Below the pieces are notes generated by a model, which saw only the letters and a list, made by a program, of their open reading frames with translations, was not told the DNA's origin and ran no database searches. DNA of 64,000 nt from an uncultured virus (IMG/VR IMGVR_UViG_3300032167_005167) (Duplodnaviria; Heunggongvirae; Uroviricota; Caudoviricetes): IMG/VR virus record IMGVR_UViG_3300032167_005167; one strand, written 5' to 3'. Below are positions 19,605-29,416 of the stretch, piece by piece. Made by a program: the position numbers and the translations under genes. The stretch's first letter is position 1. Every line of letters starts with the position of its first letter.

Positions 19605-20090
19605 TTACGAAATGGTCAAACTGTGATCAATGTCGTATACAGGTACACCAAGGCCTAGAGCGTAATTGCTGTCTTCAGATGCAGTAGAAGAGCCGTCGTG
19701 GAGGAGCAAGAGCATATCAGCATTGGTGATCATATAGAGATCGGTTGTGCGTGTACAGAGAAGAGGCTTGTGCTTCAAGTCGGTGACAATATCTGCCTGT
19801 TCACATAGGCCTTGAGTTGTTGCGAGGGTATCGGTGCTGGCGGCTGATCCAACTCGAACGATCTCAAGTAAGACATCACTATATGCATCGCGTAAAGCGA
19901 TGACGGCTTCGGCCATATCCGTTTCAAGACCTGGGCGACCGCTGCTGATAAAATGCTTGTAGCCGGATCGGATGAGGTGTTCGATCTGCGATTGCGATGA
20001 AGAAGTGGAGTAGTGCTTGCTGGAGTCTCCGCTAATGAACGCGCAGCGCCTGAAGCTGGGATGAGGAAGGCGACGAGTATTGTTCTTCAT
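19605..20090 (-). CDS. divergent SLOG/DUF1273-like protein
   Basis: GYKHFISSGRPGLETDMAEAV, YMITNAD; catalytic-type motifs eroded. Confidence 0.5.
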   Translation of the reverse strand: MKNNTRRLPHPSFRRCAFISGDSSKHYSTSSSQSQIEHLIRSGYKHFISSGRPGLETDMAEAVIALRDAYSDVLLEIVRVGSAASTDTLATTQGLCEQADIVTDLKHKPLLCTRTTDLYMITNADMLLLLHDGSSTASEDSNYALGLGVPVYDIDHSLTIS

Positions 20091-20092
20091 AG

Positions 20093-20512
20093 TCAGTCAC
20101 CTCCGTCATCAATTGAGCACCTGACAATACGGCTGACATTGCTCTTCAGCTGGCTAGCATCCAAAATGCCAGAAAACGAAACACCGACGACATCGGAGGG
20201 GGTCTTTTCGAGATTGCAATCAATGCACAGAACGCCGCCGTCTGCCACCTCAATACGAACACGCTGCGTACCATCGCTGGAGGGGGTATTCATCTCGATA
20301 TTGCGTCTAAGGATGATGTTGCGCCCCTTTGAACTGGAAATCGATGCGATTTTTCCTTCATTTTTCAGGATTCTAATGTGCCTTGCAACGGTAGACGGGG
20401 ATTGAAGCCCAACGGCTGCGGCAATTTCTCTGTAACTCGGGGCGTAGCCATTGGTGTCGTGGCAGTCCGATATGTATCTAAGAATGCTGCTTCGTGTATC
20501 ATTCTGTCTCAT
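20093..20512 (-). CDS. LexA DNA-binding-domain protein without peptidase domain
   Basis: GYAPSYREIAAAVGLQSPSTVARHIRILKNEG. Confidence 0.8.
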   Translation of the reverse strand: MRQNDTRSSILRYISDCHDTNGYAPSYREIAAAVGLQSPSTVARHIRILKNEGKIASISSSKGRNIILRRNIEMNTPSSDGTQRVRIEVADGGVLCIDCNLEKTPSDVVGVSFSGILDASQLKSNVSRIVRCSIDDGGD

Positions 20513-20801
20513 TATAATCATCCTTCCATTCCATAAACCAGCGTCCAAGATTCGAACTGCCATAATCGCAGTTGTGTTCAAAAAACAGATAGCGGATTTG
20601 CCCACAGATTTCAAGTGTATAGCGGTCGCCTTGACCTCCTGCTTTGAGCGCTGGGGCAGGACGAATGTCCAGGACTCGATCAATTCTGTATCTAGCACCG
20701 TCTGTCCAGATGAAGGATCGAGGGAGCATCGTACCGTCCTCACGAAAAACGACAGACACAGGAAGGTATAGGCGCTTCCAGTGTTCTACGGCTTTGGGCA
20801 T
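20499..20801 (-). CDS. small protein of the kind found beside clostridial dinB
   Basis: PRSFIWTDG..YRIDRVLD..ALKAGGQGDRY. Confidence 0.65.
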   Translation of the reverse strand: MPKAVEHWKRLYLPVSVVFREDGTMLPRSFIWTDGARYRIDRVLDIRPAPALKAGGQGDRYTLEICGQIRYLFFEHNCDYGSSNLGRWFMEWKDDYNETE

Positions 20802-20872
20802 AGCGCCACCTCCTCAAAAGGGTGCAAGAAATAAACCGACATAGGATACGTCGGACTGTTGACGTATTCGGG

Positions 20873-21742
20873 TTACTTTTTCGCCTTTTGTTCGTGGCGG
20901 AGCTCTTCAAGGATTTCCAATTCAGCATTAGTAGCATACTGGTCGGCTTCAACGATACCAAGCACCCTTCCAACACAGCGGACATCATCGCCCTCAGTAA
21001 AGCGAAGGACGGGATACTCGGGATTGTGCGAATGGAGACCATCGGCCTGATACTCTTTGACAAATCCATCGCCGTTGACAATGAAAATGCCAATTTCACC
21101 GGGCTCAATAGAAGTAGTGTGCTCGATGAAGAGATCGTCACCATTGTGGAAGGTGGGTTCCATACTGTTGCCGGTTACAGTAATGATTTCATCTGCGCGA
21201 CAGGCATTCCGATCGGAGCGGACATAGACATAATGGCCATTGCTCCTGGCCTCGAGGGGGTTGCCGGTACCGGCGGCGGTGAGCTGCTCGTTTTTGAAGG
21301 TGCGCTCAAAGCCGCGTTCGCAGCGCCTGCGAAGCTCTTGCTCGGCCTGTTCGAGCATGCTAGAAATCAGGGAATCAACCAGATCCTGATTGTTGCTGGT
21401 CAGGAGCCTGTAGTTGTTCATATGGCGCTGTTCCCTCGGGATAAGCTCACTGGGGCGGCTGGGCATTCCAAAAAATGCAGAGATAGACATATCCAATGCA
21501 TCGCAAAGTACAGGGATGATGTTAAGGTCCGGCCTGGATCGGCCAGCCTCCCAGTTTGAAACAAGGTTTTTTGAAACACCAATCATATCAGCAAGCTGGG
21601 GCTGGTTAATACCGCGATACTGTCGCCAGGCACGAATAACCTCTCCGTAAGTCTCCTTGTTGAAAGCAAGGAGCTTTTCATTCTTGGCGCTAGAAAGGCT
21701 GATGACAGTAGAGCCAGCCTTCGCATCTTTCGTCGTTTTCAT
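20873..21742 (-). CDS. XRE HTH + S24 peptidase repressor (LexA/CI-like)
   Basis: HTH QPQLADMIGVSKNLVSNWE; cleavage site AAG; GNSMEP Ser; FVK Lys. Confidence 0.9.
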   Translation of the reverse strand: MKTTKDAKAGSTVISLSSAKNEKLLAFNKETYGEVIRAWRQYRGINQPQLADMIGVSKNLVSNWEAGRSRPDLNIIPVLCDALDMSISAFFGMPSRPSELIPREQRHMNNYRLLTSNNQDLVDSLISSMLEQAEQELRRRCERGFERTFKNEQLTAAGTGNPLEARSNGHYVYVRSDRNACRADEIITVTGNSMEPTFHNGDDLFIEHTTSIEPGEIGIFIVNGDGFVKEYQADGLHSHNPEYPVLRFTEGDDVRCVGRVLGIVEADQYATNAELEILEELRHEQKAKK

Positions 21743-21980
21743 GGCACAACCTCCAGATCGTGATCTGCTTGTAGTGTAGCACACAAATTATGTACTGTAA
21801 AGACCTGAATTTCAGAAAAAGAATGGAAGAATCGCGCAATGGAGCGAAAATGAGGAGAAAAAAGTTTCGATTAGCGGCACATTTGTTCTCTACGTATCGT
21901 TTGCGGGTTAAAAATTTGTGTGCTAGACTCTTGCTTGTCGATAGGAGCCTATTGGGAAATGGATAGAGAGGTGGAACAAC

Positions 21981-23222
21981 GTGCCCAGAGACATTATCCT
22001 TCACAGCGACCTGAACTGCTTTTATGCGTCGGTCGAGATCAACGAGAATCCACAGCTGCGAGATAAGGCAATTGCTGTTTGTGGAAGCACAGAGAACAGG
22101 CATGGTATTGTCTTGACGGCATCGTACCCTGCCAAGCGCAGAGGAGTGAAGACTGGTATGGCAAATTGGGAAGCAAAGCAAGCTTGTCCCGGACTGATCT
22201 GCGTGGACCCGCATTATGAGCTGTACCTGAAGTATTCACGGCTTGTCAGACGGATCTACTCGCGGTACTCCGATGCCATTGAACCCTTTGGAATGGATGA
22301 AAACTGGATTTCTATTCCGTATTGCAAGGGTGTAACCAAGACGGGGTTTGAGGTGGCAGAGGAAATACGTCGTGCGGTCAAAGATGAGATCGGTCTTACA
22401 GTATCGATCGGCGTTTCGTTTTCAAAGATCTATGCCAAATTGGGTAGCGACATGAAGAAGCCAGATGCGGTGACGGTTATCGATGAGGAAAACTATAGAG
22501 AAAAGGTCTGGCCACTGCCGGTATCAGATTTGCTGTACGTTGGACGGCAGACAACCAAGAAGCTTAACAGAATGAATGTGACGACGATTGGCGATCTAGC
22601 TAACTTCGATCCGTACCTCTTGCAGTCGAAGTTTGGGATTAACGGGATTAAGCTGTGGCGCTTTGCCAATGGTGCTGATCAGGCATCTGTGAAACCGTGT
22701 GATTATGTCGATCCGATCAAATCGGTCGGACACGGCGCGACGAGCGTAGTTGATTTGGAGTCGAACTATGAAGTGTGGTGTGCTCTGTATGAACTGGCCC
22801 AGGATGTTGGGCATCGGCTCAGGAAGAGTGGACTGCTTGCAAAAGGCGTACAGATTACGGTAAAGGACAATGAGCTCATGTATAGGCAATATCAGCTGAC
22901 ATTGGATTTTCCGACACGCAGTCCACTTGAACTCGCACAGGCGGGTTTTGCGCTCTTCAAGCTGCGCTACCAGTGGCTCAAGCCTGTACGGGCCGTCACA
23001 ATCAGGGGCATCAACCTGGTTTCGGAAAATAAACCTATGCAACTGGATGTATTTTGCGATTATCATCGTCGAGAAAAGCAGCAAGCGCTAGACAACACCA
23101 TTGATGATATCAGGCACAGATTCGGGCAGCGAGCCATTGTTGCGGCTTCGCTGATGAGTGATCTGAAGCTAGCGAAGGATAAGTGTGATCTTGTTGTTAT
23201 GCCAGGAATGATGTATACGTGA
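21981..23222 (+). CDS. dinB: Y-family DNA polymerase IV
   Basis: HSDLNCFYASVE, SYPAK, MDE, AKLGSDMKKPD. Confidence 0.93.
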   Translation: MPRDIILHSDLNCFYASVEINENPQLRDKAIAVCGSTENRHGIVLTASYPAKRRGVKTGMANWEAKQACPGLICVDPHYELYLKYSRLVRRIYSRYSDAIEPFGMDENWISIPYCKGVTKTGFEVAEEIRRAVKDEIGLTVSIGVSFSKIYAKLGSDMKKPDAVTVIDEENYREKVWPLPVSDLLYVGRQTTKKLNRMNVTTIGDLANFDPYLLQSKFGINGIKLWRFANGADQASVKPCDYVDPIKSVGHGATSVVDLESNYEVWCALYELAQDVGHRLRKSGLLAKGVQITVKDNELMYRQYQLTLDFPTRSPLELAQAGFALFKLRYQWLKPVRAVTIRGINLVSENKPMQLDVFCDYHRREKQQALDNTIDDIRHRFGQRAIVAASLMSDLKLAKDKCDLVVMPGMMYT

Positions 23223-23238
23223 AGAATGGAGGAAGGCT

Positions 23239-23472
23239 ATGGAGAAGCAGCGTGTTATTAAGAGGGTCTCGGTACGCAACAAGCACAGCATATACAAAAG
23301 CAATCCGCGTGTATTTGACGTGGTGCTGATCGGAAAGAGGATATATTTTGAAGTGAAAACAGGAAAATCTCAGACGGAACGGATTCCTTTTGAGGATGTC
23401 CTTGAGCAAGTTGAGACTGTTGCGCAGACAGGTAACATCAGAATACCAGCTCAAAGTACTACCGCGAACTGA
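23239..23472 (+). CDS. hypothetical protein
   Basis: RBS GGAGG; directly follows dinB. Confidence 0.55.
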   Translation: MEKQRVIKRVSVRNKHSIYKSNPRVFDVVLIGKRIYFEVKTGKSQTERIPFEDVLEQVETVAQTGNIRIPAQSTTAN

Positions 23473-23496
23473 GCCGCAGCAAGGCTGCAGAGCATC

Positions 23497-23554
23497 AAAC
23501 GGCGGAGCCATAACCACTGAACAACGATACAGTGGTATAGCTCCGCCGTTTTTT
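23497..23554 (+). terminator. long hairpin terminator
   Basis: AAACGGCGGAGC...GCTCCGCCGTTT then T-run. Confidence 0.7.
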
Positions 23555-23581
23555 GTGTCTTGGAAAGGAGTCAAGTAACGT

Positions 23582-23731
23582 ATGCAGACAATTAAAAACG
23601 CAAATGGCAAAACCGTATGCCGCATAGATGCCAATAATCGCAAGGTTGAAATTGTACATAAAGGGTTCAAGACAACTGTCACATTCCTTGAAGGCGGGGA
23701 GATTAAGATAGAGAACTCTACCGCTGCTTAA
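23582..23731 (+). CDS. 49-aa hypothetical phage protein (not in ORF track)
   Basis: RBS AAAGGAG; MQTIKNANGKTVCRID...STAA. Confidence 0.6.
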   Translation: MQTIKNANGKTVCRIDANNRKVEIVHKGFKTTVTFLEGGEIKIENSTAA

Positions 23732-23750
23732 TCAAATATCTGTAACGACG

Positions 23751-23880
23751 AATCCGCAGAACCGCTAGACGGGCATGGAAACGTATCTTTTGAGGTATGT
23801 TCCCGCCCGTCTTTTGCGTTCTGTGGATTATGCAGATGCAGACTCGGACGGTCCTGCGGATTCAGGCAAAACGACCTGAA
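23751..23880 (+). ncRNA. structured cis-regulatory RNA candidate upstream of the sigma-like gene
   Basis: 79-nt hairpin at 23751-23829 with several G-U pairs, an alternative pairing partner at 23854-23862, and a hairpin at 23861-23880. Confidence 0.5.
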
Positions 23881-23890
23881 ACGGAGGATC

Positions 23891-24361
23891 ATGATGAGAC
23901 TGCAGAAGACCAGCAAGAAGAATCGTACTACTTACATTTACTATGGCGCGGACGGAAAGAAGCTCATGGAGCTCAAGCCGGGAGAAAACGGCGTCACTGA
24001 GGCGGACATCGCCATGCTTCATGAGCAGGATGATGTGGAACTCAATGCGCAGAGACGTGAAGTTTATCATGCGCCGGTTTATTATGACAAATATTGTCGG
24101 GATGCATCGGATCGAAATCCGTACCTTTGCGACACAGCGGAAGGGCCGGAAGAATTGGTTGTGAAGGCAATTGAGGCTGAGGAACGTGCGAAGGCAATTG
24201 AAATCCTGTGGGCAGCATTGCTTCCTCAGCAGCGAGAGTTGGTGCTCAAGAAACTGAAGGGAATGACCAATACAGAGATCGCTGCCAATGATGGCGTATC
24301 TGAAGCGGCTGTTCGGAACCGGCTGCACAAGATCCAGGAGCGATTCAATAGGGTGAAATAA
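23891..24361 (+). CDS. sigma-70 region 4-like HTH protein
   Basis: LLPQQREL..GMTNTEIAANDGVSEAAVRNRL. Confidence 0.8.
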   Translation: MMRLQKTSKKNRTTYIYYGADGKKLMELKPGENGVTEADIAMLHEQDDVELNAQRREVYHAPVYYDKYCRDASDRNPYLCDTAEGPEELVVKAIEAEERAKAIEILWAALLPQQRELVLKKLKGMTNTEIAANDGVSEAAVRNRLHKIQERFNRVK

Positions 24362-24373
24362 AATTCTGAAAAA

Positions 24374-24417
24374 GGGGTTCGGATTAAGCGTGCTTTTCGC
24401 TTATGACCAGAGGGTAG
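24374..24417 (+). promoter_or_regulatory. GGGGTTCG-N14-TTCGCTTAT-N3-CAGAGGG motif, copy 2
   Basis: Precedes the replication operon. Confidence 0.6.
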
Positions 24418-24450
24418 GAGTAAACGCCCTCGGGAAGGAGGCAAAGAGCC

Positions 24451-24648
24451 ATGAGTCTCAGACACAAAGTGTGCATCAGTGTCAGTCGCCCAGACGGTGG
24501 GAAGCAGAACATCATCAAGGGCAGCACATGCACCATGCGGAGCCGACTGCTGAATTTCTTGTTCGGCGAGAAAGTTGGAGTGATCGTACTAACGCCCGGT
24601 GAAACAGTGGAAAACGTGGAAATCAAGGAAATTGGAGGCGAAGCATAA
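24451..24648 (+). CDS. hypothetical phage protein
   Basis: RBS GGAGG; overlaps the next start. Confidence 0.65.
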   Translation: MSLRHKVCISVSRPDGGKQNIIKGSTCTMRSRLLNFLFGEKVGVIVLTPGETVENVEIKEIGGEA

Positions 24649-24956
24649 TGGCCAAAGTCAAGGAACTCTCTATGGCAGTTGAGGAGCTTCGCCGATGTGG
24701 TGAAGCGCTGATCAATGTGGCTGACAGCTTGAAAGACATGTTCAGCGGTGATAGCGCTGGAGAGTGCAATCAAGCAGAAACACCAGCCGCTAAGCCGATC
24801 CCGCTTGAAAAGGTCCGAGCTGTGCTGGCAGAAAAGTCTGTCCAGGGTAAGCGGAAGGGTGTTCAGGCGCTGATCATCAAGTATGGTGCTGAGCGCTTGA
24901 GTGACATTGCACCTGAGCACTATGCCAGTTTGCTGGCCGAGGCGGAGGTGCTGTAA
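24648..24956 (+). CDS. conserved phage protein
   Basis: LEKVRAVLAEKS..KYGAERLSDI pattern, typical upstream of DUF2800. Confidence 0.7.
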   Translation: MAKVKELSMAVEELRRCGEALINVADSLKDMFSGDSAGECNQAETPAAKPIPLEKVRAVLAEKSVQGKRKGVQALIIKYGAERLSDIAPEHYASLLAEAEVL

Positions 24957-26092
24957 TGGCAGCAAAGAAACATGCGATCCTTTCTGCTTCCTCTGCGCAT
25001 AGATGGATGAACTGTAATCCATCTGCGCGTCTTGAGCAAGAGTTTGAGGATCGTGAAACAGAGGCGGCTGCAGAGGGTACTGCTGCACATGCATTGTGCG
25101 AACATAAGCTGCGCCAGGCAATGAAAATGCAGTCGCGTAAACCCACTTCCCAGTATGACTGCGATGAAATGGATGGCTATACGGACGAATATGTTCAATT
25201 TGTGCTCGACACGCTGAACGAGGCCCGAGAGAACTGTGCGGATCCTATGCTGATGATCGAACAGCGACTGGATTTCTCGTGCTATGTGCCGGATGGGTTC
25301 GGTACTGGCGACTGCGTTATCATAGCAGACCGCACACTCCATATCATCGACTTCAAATATGGGCAAGGGGTATTGGTAGAAGCGGAAAACAATCCGCAGA
25401 TGATGCTTTACGCGCTTGGCGCATTAACCGTGTATGAGTGCCTATACGACATCGAAGAAGTGTCCATGACCATCTACCAGCCACGCAGAGAGAATATCTC
25501 CACATGGACGATCTCCGTGGAAGCACTCAAAGAGTGGGCTGAAAAGGAACTTATCCCCAAGGCTAAGCTGGCTTTTGAAGGCAAAGGGGAATACAGTCCT
25601 GGCCCGTGGTGTGTCTTCTGTAAGGCTGCGGTCAAATGCCGAGCTCGGGCAGAAGAAAAACTGGCTCTGGCACGATATGAGTTCGCAAAGCCACCAATGC
25701 TCGCAGATGCGGAGATCGAGGAGATTCTGGGTAAGCTGGATGATCTGACCCGCTGGGCAGAGGAGATCAAAGCGTATGCGCAGGATGCCGCGCTGAACTC
25801 CGGAAAACAGTGGGCTGGCTACAAGGTGGTCGAAGGCCGCTCCGTTCGCAAGTATTTAGACGAGGAAGCGGTTGCTGAGGCTGCCAAGGCAGCGGGCTAT
25901 CATGACATCTTCAGAAGAACACTTCTGCCGATCACCGAAATGGAGAAGCTGATGGGTAAGCAAGGGTTTGCAGAAATCCTGGGCGGGCTGGTTGTAAAGC
26001 CCGCAGGAAAGCCGACCCTCGTTCCTGTGTCGGATAAGCGTCCGGCTATCACCAATGCAAAACATGACTTTAATGACATTCAGGAGGATTAA
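24956..26092 (+). CDS. DUF2800 PD-(D/E)xK (Cas4-like) phage nuclease
   Basis: HAILSASSAHRW, FGTGD, IIDFKYG, NPQMMLYALG. Confidence 0.88.
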   Translation: MAAKKHAILSASSAHRWMNCNPSARLEQEFEDRETEAAAEGTAAHALCEHKLRQAMKMQSRKPTSQYDCDEMDGYTDEYVQFVLDTLNEARENCADPMLMIEQRLDFSCYVPDGFGTGDCVIIADRTLHIIDFKYGQGVLVEAENNPQMMLYALGALTVYECLYDIEEVSMTIYQPRRENISTWTISVEALKEWAEKELIPKAKLAFEGKGEYSPGPWCVFCKAAVKCRARAEEKLALARYEFAKPPMLADAEIEEILGKLDDLTRWAEEIKAYAQDAALNSGKQWAGYKVVEGRSVRKYLDEEAVAEAAKAAGYHDIFRRTLLPITEMEKLMGKQGFAEILGGLVVKPAGKPTLVPVSDKRPAITNAKHDFNDIQED

Positions 26093-26097
26093 GTACT

Positions 26098-26643
26098 ATG
26101 GCAAAGCAGATTAACACTAAAGTTGTAACCGGTCTCGTCCGTCTTTCTTACGCTAATGTTTGGGAACCCAAGTCCATCAACGGCAGCGATCCCAAGTATA
26201 GCTGTTCCATCATTATTCCTAAGTCCGATAAGGAAACCGTCGACGCAATCAATGCCGCTATCGATTGCGCTATCAAGGAAGGCATCGGCAAGTTCGGTGG
26301 TAAGATTCCCCCGAAGGGCGCTCTGAAGCTTCCGCTGCGCGATGGCGATACCGAGCGTGATGATGACAACTACGCAAATTGCTATTTCATCAATGCAAAC
26401 AGCAAAACCGCTCCTCAGATCGTGGACAAGCGCGTTCGCCCGATCCTTGACCGCAGTGAAGTGTACTCCGGCGTGTATGCCCACGTTTCCCTGACGTTCT
26501 ACGCCTTCAATACGAACGGCAATAGGGGCGTTGCCTGTGGTTTGGGCAATATACAGAAGGTACGAGATGGTGAGCCTCTGGGCGGTCGCACCAATGCTTC
26601 CTCCGAGTTTGAAACCCTTGAGGATGAGGATTTCCTGTCCTAA
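26098..26643 (+). CDS. DUF2815 single-stranded DNA-binding protein
   Basis: RLSYANVWEP, PLRDGD, GLGNIQK, acidic tail. Confidence 0.88.
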   Translation: MAKQINTKVVTGLVRLSYANVWEPKSINGSDPKYSCSIIIPKSDKETVDAINAAIDCAIKEGIGKFGGKIPPKGALKLPLRDGDTERDDDNYANCYFINANSKTAPQIVDKRVRPILDRSEVYSGVYAHVSLTFYAFNTNGNRGVACGLGNIQKVRDGEPLGGRTNASSEFETLEDEDFLS

Positions 26644-26697
26644 TGGACACAAGAAACGGGCGGCGGAGCAATCTGCCGCCTTGTTTCATAGGGAGGT

Positions 26698-28644
26698 ATG
26701 ATGATGAAAACACTGTCTATTGACTTGGAAACATATAGCAGCGCGGATATCAGTAAGACCGGTGCGTATCGGTATTGTGAGTCTCCAGATTTTGAAATCC
26801 TTCTTTTCGCATACAGCGTAGATGGTTCGCCTGTCCAGCTAGTCGATCTGACCTGCGGTGAAAGCATTCCTGCTGATGTGTATGATGCGCTTATCGATCC
26901 TTCCGTTACAAAGTGGGCATTCAATGCCAGTTTTGAGCGCATCTGTCTTTCGCGATGGCTTGGTTTGCCATCAGGTGTCTATCTGGATCCGCAGCAGTGG
27001 CGCTGTTCAATGATCTGGTCTGCATATCTGGGGCTGCCATTGTCTCTAGCTGGCGTAGGTGCAGTGCTTGAACTGGACAAGCAAAAACTGGATGCTGGAA
27101 AAGACCTGAACCGGTACTTCTGTAAGCCTTGCAAGCCTACGAAGAAAAATGGAGGACGCACTCGTAACCTGCCCAGACATAATCCGGGTAAGTGGGAACA
27201 GTTCAAAAGATATAATATCCGCGATGTGGAAACAGAAATGGAAATCCAGAAAAAGCTTGCTCGTTTTCCGGTTCCGGAGTTCGTTTGGGATGAATACCAT
27301 TTGGATCAGGAAATCAATGATCGCGGTATCCGACTGGATATGCGCATGGTTGATAGAGCCATTGCTGTGGATGGCCAGTCTCGAAGCGATCTCACTTCAC
27401 AAATGCGATCGATTACAGCACTTAAAAACCCCAATTCTGTCGCACAGATGAAAGCTTGGCTCAATGAACACGGTATGGAAATTAAATCCCTCAGTAAAAA
27501 GGAAGTGGCAGCAATGCTCAAAGACGCGCCACCCTATATGAGGGAAACGCTGATCCTTAGGCAGCAGCTAGCAAAGAGTTCTGTCAGAAAGTATCAGGCC
27601 ATGCAGAACTGTGTCTGTGATGATGGACGAGCCCATGGCATGTTTATGTTTTATGGAGCGAATCGTACTGGCAGATTCAGCGGTAAACTCATCCAGCTCC
27701 AAAATCTCCCCCAAAACCACATCAAGGATCTTGACGAAGCACGCGCGCTCGTTCGTCGTGGGGACTATGCGTCTCTTCAGATGCTTTACGATAGTGTACC
27801 AGATGTCCTGTCTGAATTGATACGCACAGCCTTTATCCCGTATGAGGGCGGTAAATTTATTGTGGCAGACTTTTCTGCCATCGAGGCTAGGGTCATTGCG
27901 TGGATGGCAGACGAAAAATGGCGTCTGGAGGTATTCAAGAACGGAGGCGACATTTATTGTGCGAGTGCTAGCCAGATGTTCGGTGTCCCTGTGGAAAAAC
28001 ACGGCATCAATGGCCATTTGCGCCAAAAAGGTAAGATTGCTGAATTGGCGTTAGGGTATGGCGGTTCCGTTGGAGCGCTCAAAGCAATGGGTGCTCTGGA
28101 AATGGGTATTCCGGAAGAAGAACTGAAACCGCTGGTCGAGGCGTGGAGGGATGCCAATCCCAACATCACTGAACTCTGGTGGGATGTGGACCGCGCGGTC
28201 AAGGAGGCTGTAAAAGAGAGAACGACGTCAGAGACGCATGGGATTCAGTTTATGTACCAAAGTGGATTCCTGTTCATTTGCCTACCCTCTGGAAGACGGC
28301 TTGCATACGTGAAGCCGCGTATAGGTGAGAATAGGTTCGGTGGGGAGTCTATCACCTATGAAGGCATCGGCGGTACAAAGAAGTGGGAACGGCTCGAAAG
28401 CTATGGTCCGAAATTTGTTGAAAATATAGTTCAATCGCTCAGCAGAGATATTTTATGTTACGCAATGAAAACGCTGCGGTCCTATAGCATTGTAGCGCAT
28501 GTTCACGACGAGATCATAATCGAAGCAGATCCTAGTGTTTCGCTCGAAGAAGTGTGTAGGCAAATGGGCAGAACGCCTCCATGGGCTGAAGGACTGATTC
28601 TCCGGGCAGATGGCTACGAGACGCCGTTTTACAAAAAAGACTGA
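26698..28644 (+). CDS. phage family A DNA polymerase
   Basis: Exonuclease DLET; RTGRF; DFSAIEAR; RQKGKIAELALGYG; HVHDE. Confidence 0.93.
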   Translation: MMMKTLSIDLETYSSADISKTGAYRYCESPDFEILLFAYSVDGSPVQLVDLTCGESIPADVYDALIDPSVTKWAFNASFERICLSRWLGLPSGVYLDPQQWRCSMIWSAYLGLPLSLAGVGAVLELDKQKLDAGKDLNRYFCKPCKPTKKNGGRTRNLPRHNPGKWEQFKRYNIRDVETEMEIQKKLARFPVPEFVWDEYHLDQEINDRGIRLDMRMVDRAIAVDGQSRSDLTSQMRSITALKNPNSVAQMKAWLNEHGMEIKSLSKKEVAAMLKDAPPYMRETLILRQQLAKSSVRKYQAMQNCVCDDGRAHGMFMFYGANRTGRFSGKLIQLQNLPQNHIKDLDEARALVRRGDYASLQMLYDSVPDVLSELIRTAFIPYEGGKFIVADFSAIEARVIAWMADEKWRLEVFKNGGDIYCASASQMFGVPVEKHGINGHLRQKGKIAELALGYGGSVGALKAMGALEMGIPEEELKPLVEAWRDANPNITELWWDVDRAVKEAVKERTTSETHGIQFMYQSGFLFICLPSGRRLAYVKPRIGENRFGGESITYEGIGGTKKWERLESYGPKFVENIVQSLSRDILCYAMKTLRSYSIVAHVHDEIIIEADPSVSLEEVCRQMGRTPPWAEGLILRADGYETPFYKKD

Positions 28645-28662
28645 TAAACCTTGCAAAATCAA

Positions 28663-28700
28663 CTTGCTATTTCATGCGAATAGAGCGTATATGTCACTAC
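28663..28700 (+). promoter_or_regulatory. TTG(AC/CT)-N14-GAGNG promoter motif
   Basis: One of five copies with identical spacing. Confidence 0.55.
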
Positions 28701-28722
28701 CTCAAAAGAAAGGAGAGTTATC

Positions 28723-28920
28723 ATGGCTTACGAGGATATTCTTAAACTTAGCGAAGGAACTCATGTGGTAAAGGATAATGGCAAACGTTGCATGGTTGTA
28801 CGCCTGCAAGATGGTTTCACCCTGATTACCATCGAGGCTGACAAGAAGATGCTTATCCAGCGTTTCAGTGAAGATGCGCAGCTTCTGTGCGAAGACAGGC
28901 TCGACAATGTATTTGCATGA
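28723..28920 (+). CDS. hypothetical protein
   Basis: RBS AAGGAG. Confidence 0.6.
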   Translation: MAYEDILKLSEGTHVVKDNGKRCMVVRLQDGFTLITIEADKKMLIQRFSEDAQLLCEDRLDNVFA

Positions 28921-28941
28921 CAGGTAAAGAGGAGGCATAAG

Positions 28942-29319
28942 ATGAGAATCCTGATTGTTGAGCCGGGAAAGCATCCCCGCAAAGCAGACATTTCGCACAA
29001 CCTTTATGATCTTCAGAAGACGGTTGGCGGTTACATTCAGGCCATATACCCGTGGGAAGACCGGGTTGCCCTCGTTTGTGATGAGGAGGGACTTCTAAAG
29101 AATGCGCCATTTAACCGCCTGGTTGCACCGCAGACAGCCATTTTCGGAACGTTCTTCATCTGTGGGCTGGCCGAGGAAGAATTTGACGATCTGCCAGATG
29201 ACCAGATGGAGAAATACAGTAAGCTGCTGTATGAGCCGGAGGTGCTTTTCAAAACGCCCATCGGCTTAGTAACCATGTCCCTGACCGCGTTTCGCGAAAT
29301 CTCCAGCGCTGAAGAGTAA
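28942..29319 (+). CDS. DUF3846-like protein
   Basis: LIVEPGK, LQKTVGGYIQ, CDEEG, IFGTFFICG. Confidence 0.8.
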   Translation: MRILIVEPGKHPRKADISHNLYDLQKTVGGYIQAIYPWEDRVALVCDEEGLLKNAPFNRLVAPQTAIFGTFFICGLAEEEFDDLPDDQMEKYSKLLYEPEVLFKTPIGLVTMSLTAFREISSAEE

Positions 29320-29416
29320 CTTCTTAAATCAAAAACTTTATACCAGCAGTAGAATGACAAATCCTATTCTTTGTGTTATACTGAGTCCATAATCCAAGAA
29401 GAAAGGAGTTTTCGAG

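Noticed and set aside
24956..26092. cas4 of a CRISPR system
   Set aside because: It is the standard DUF2800 phage nuclease within the replication operon
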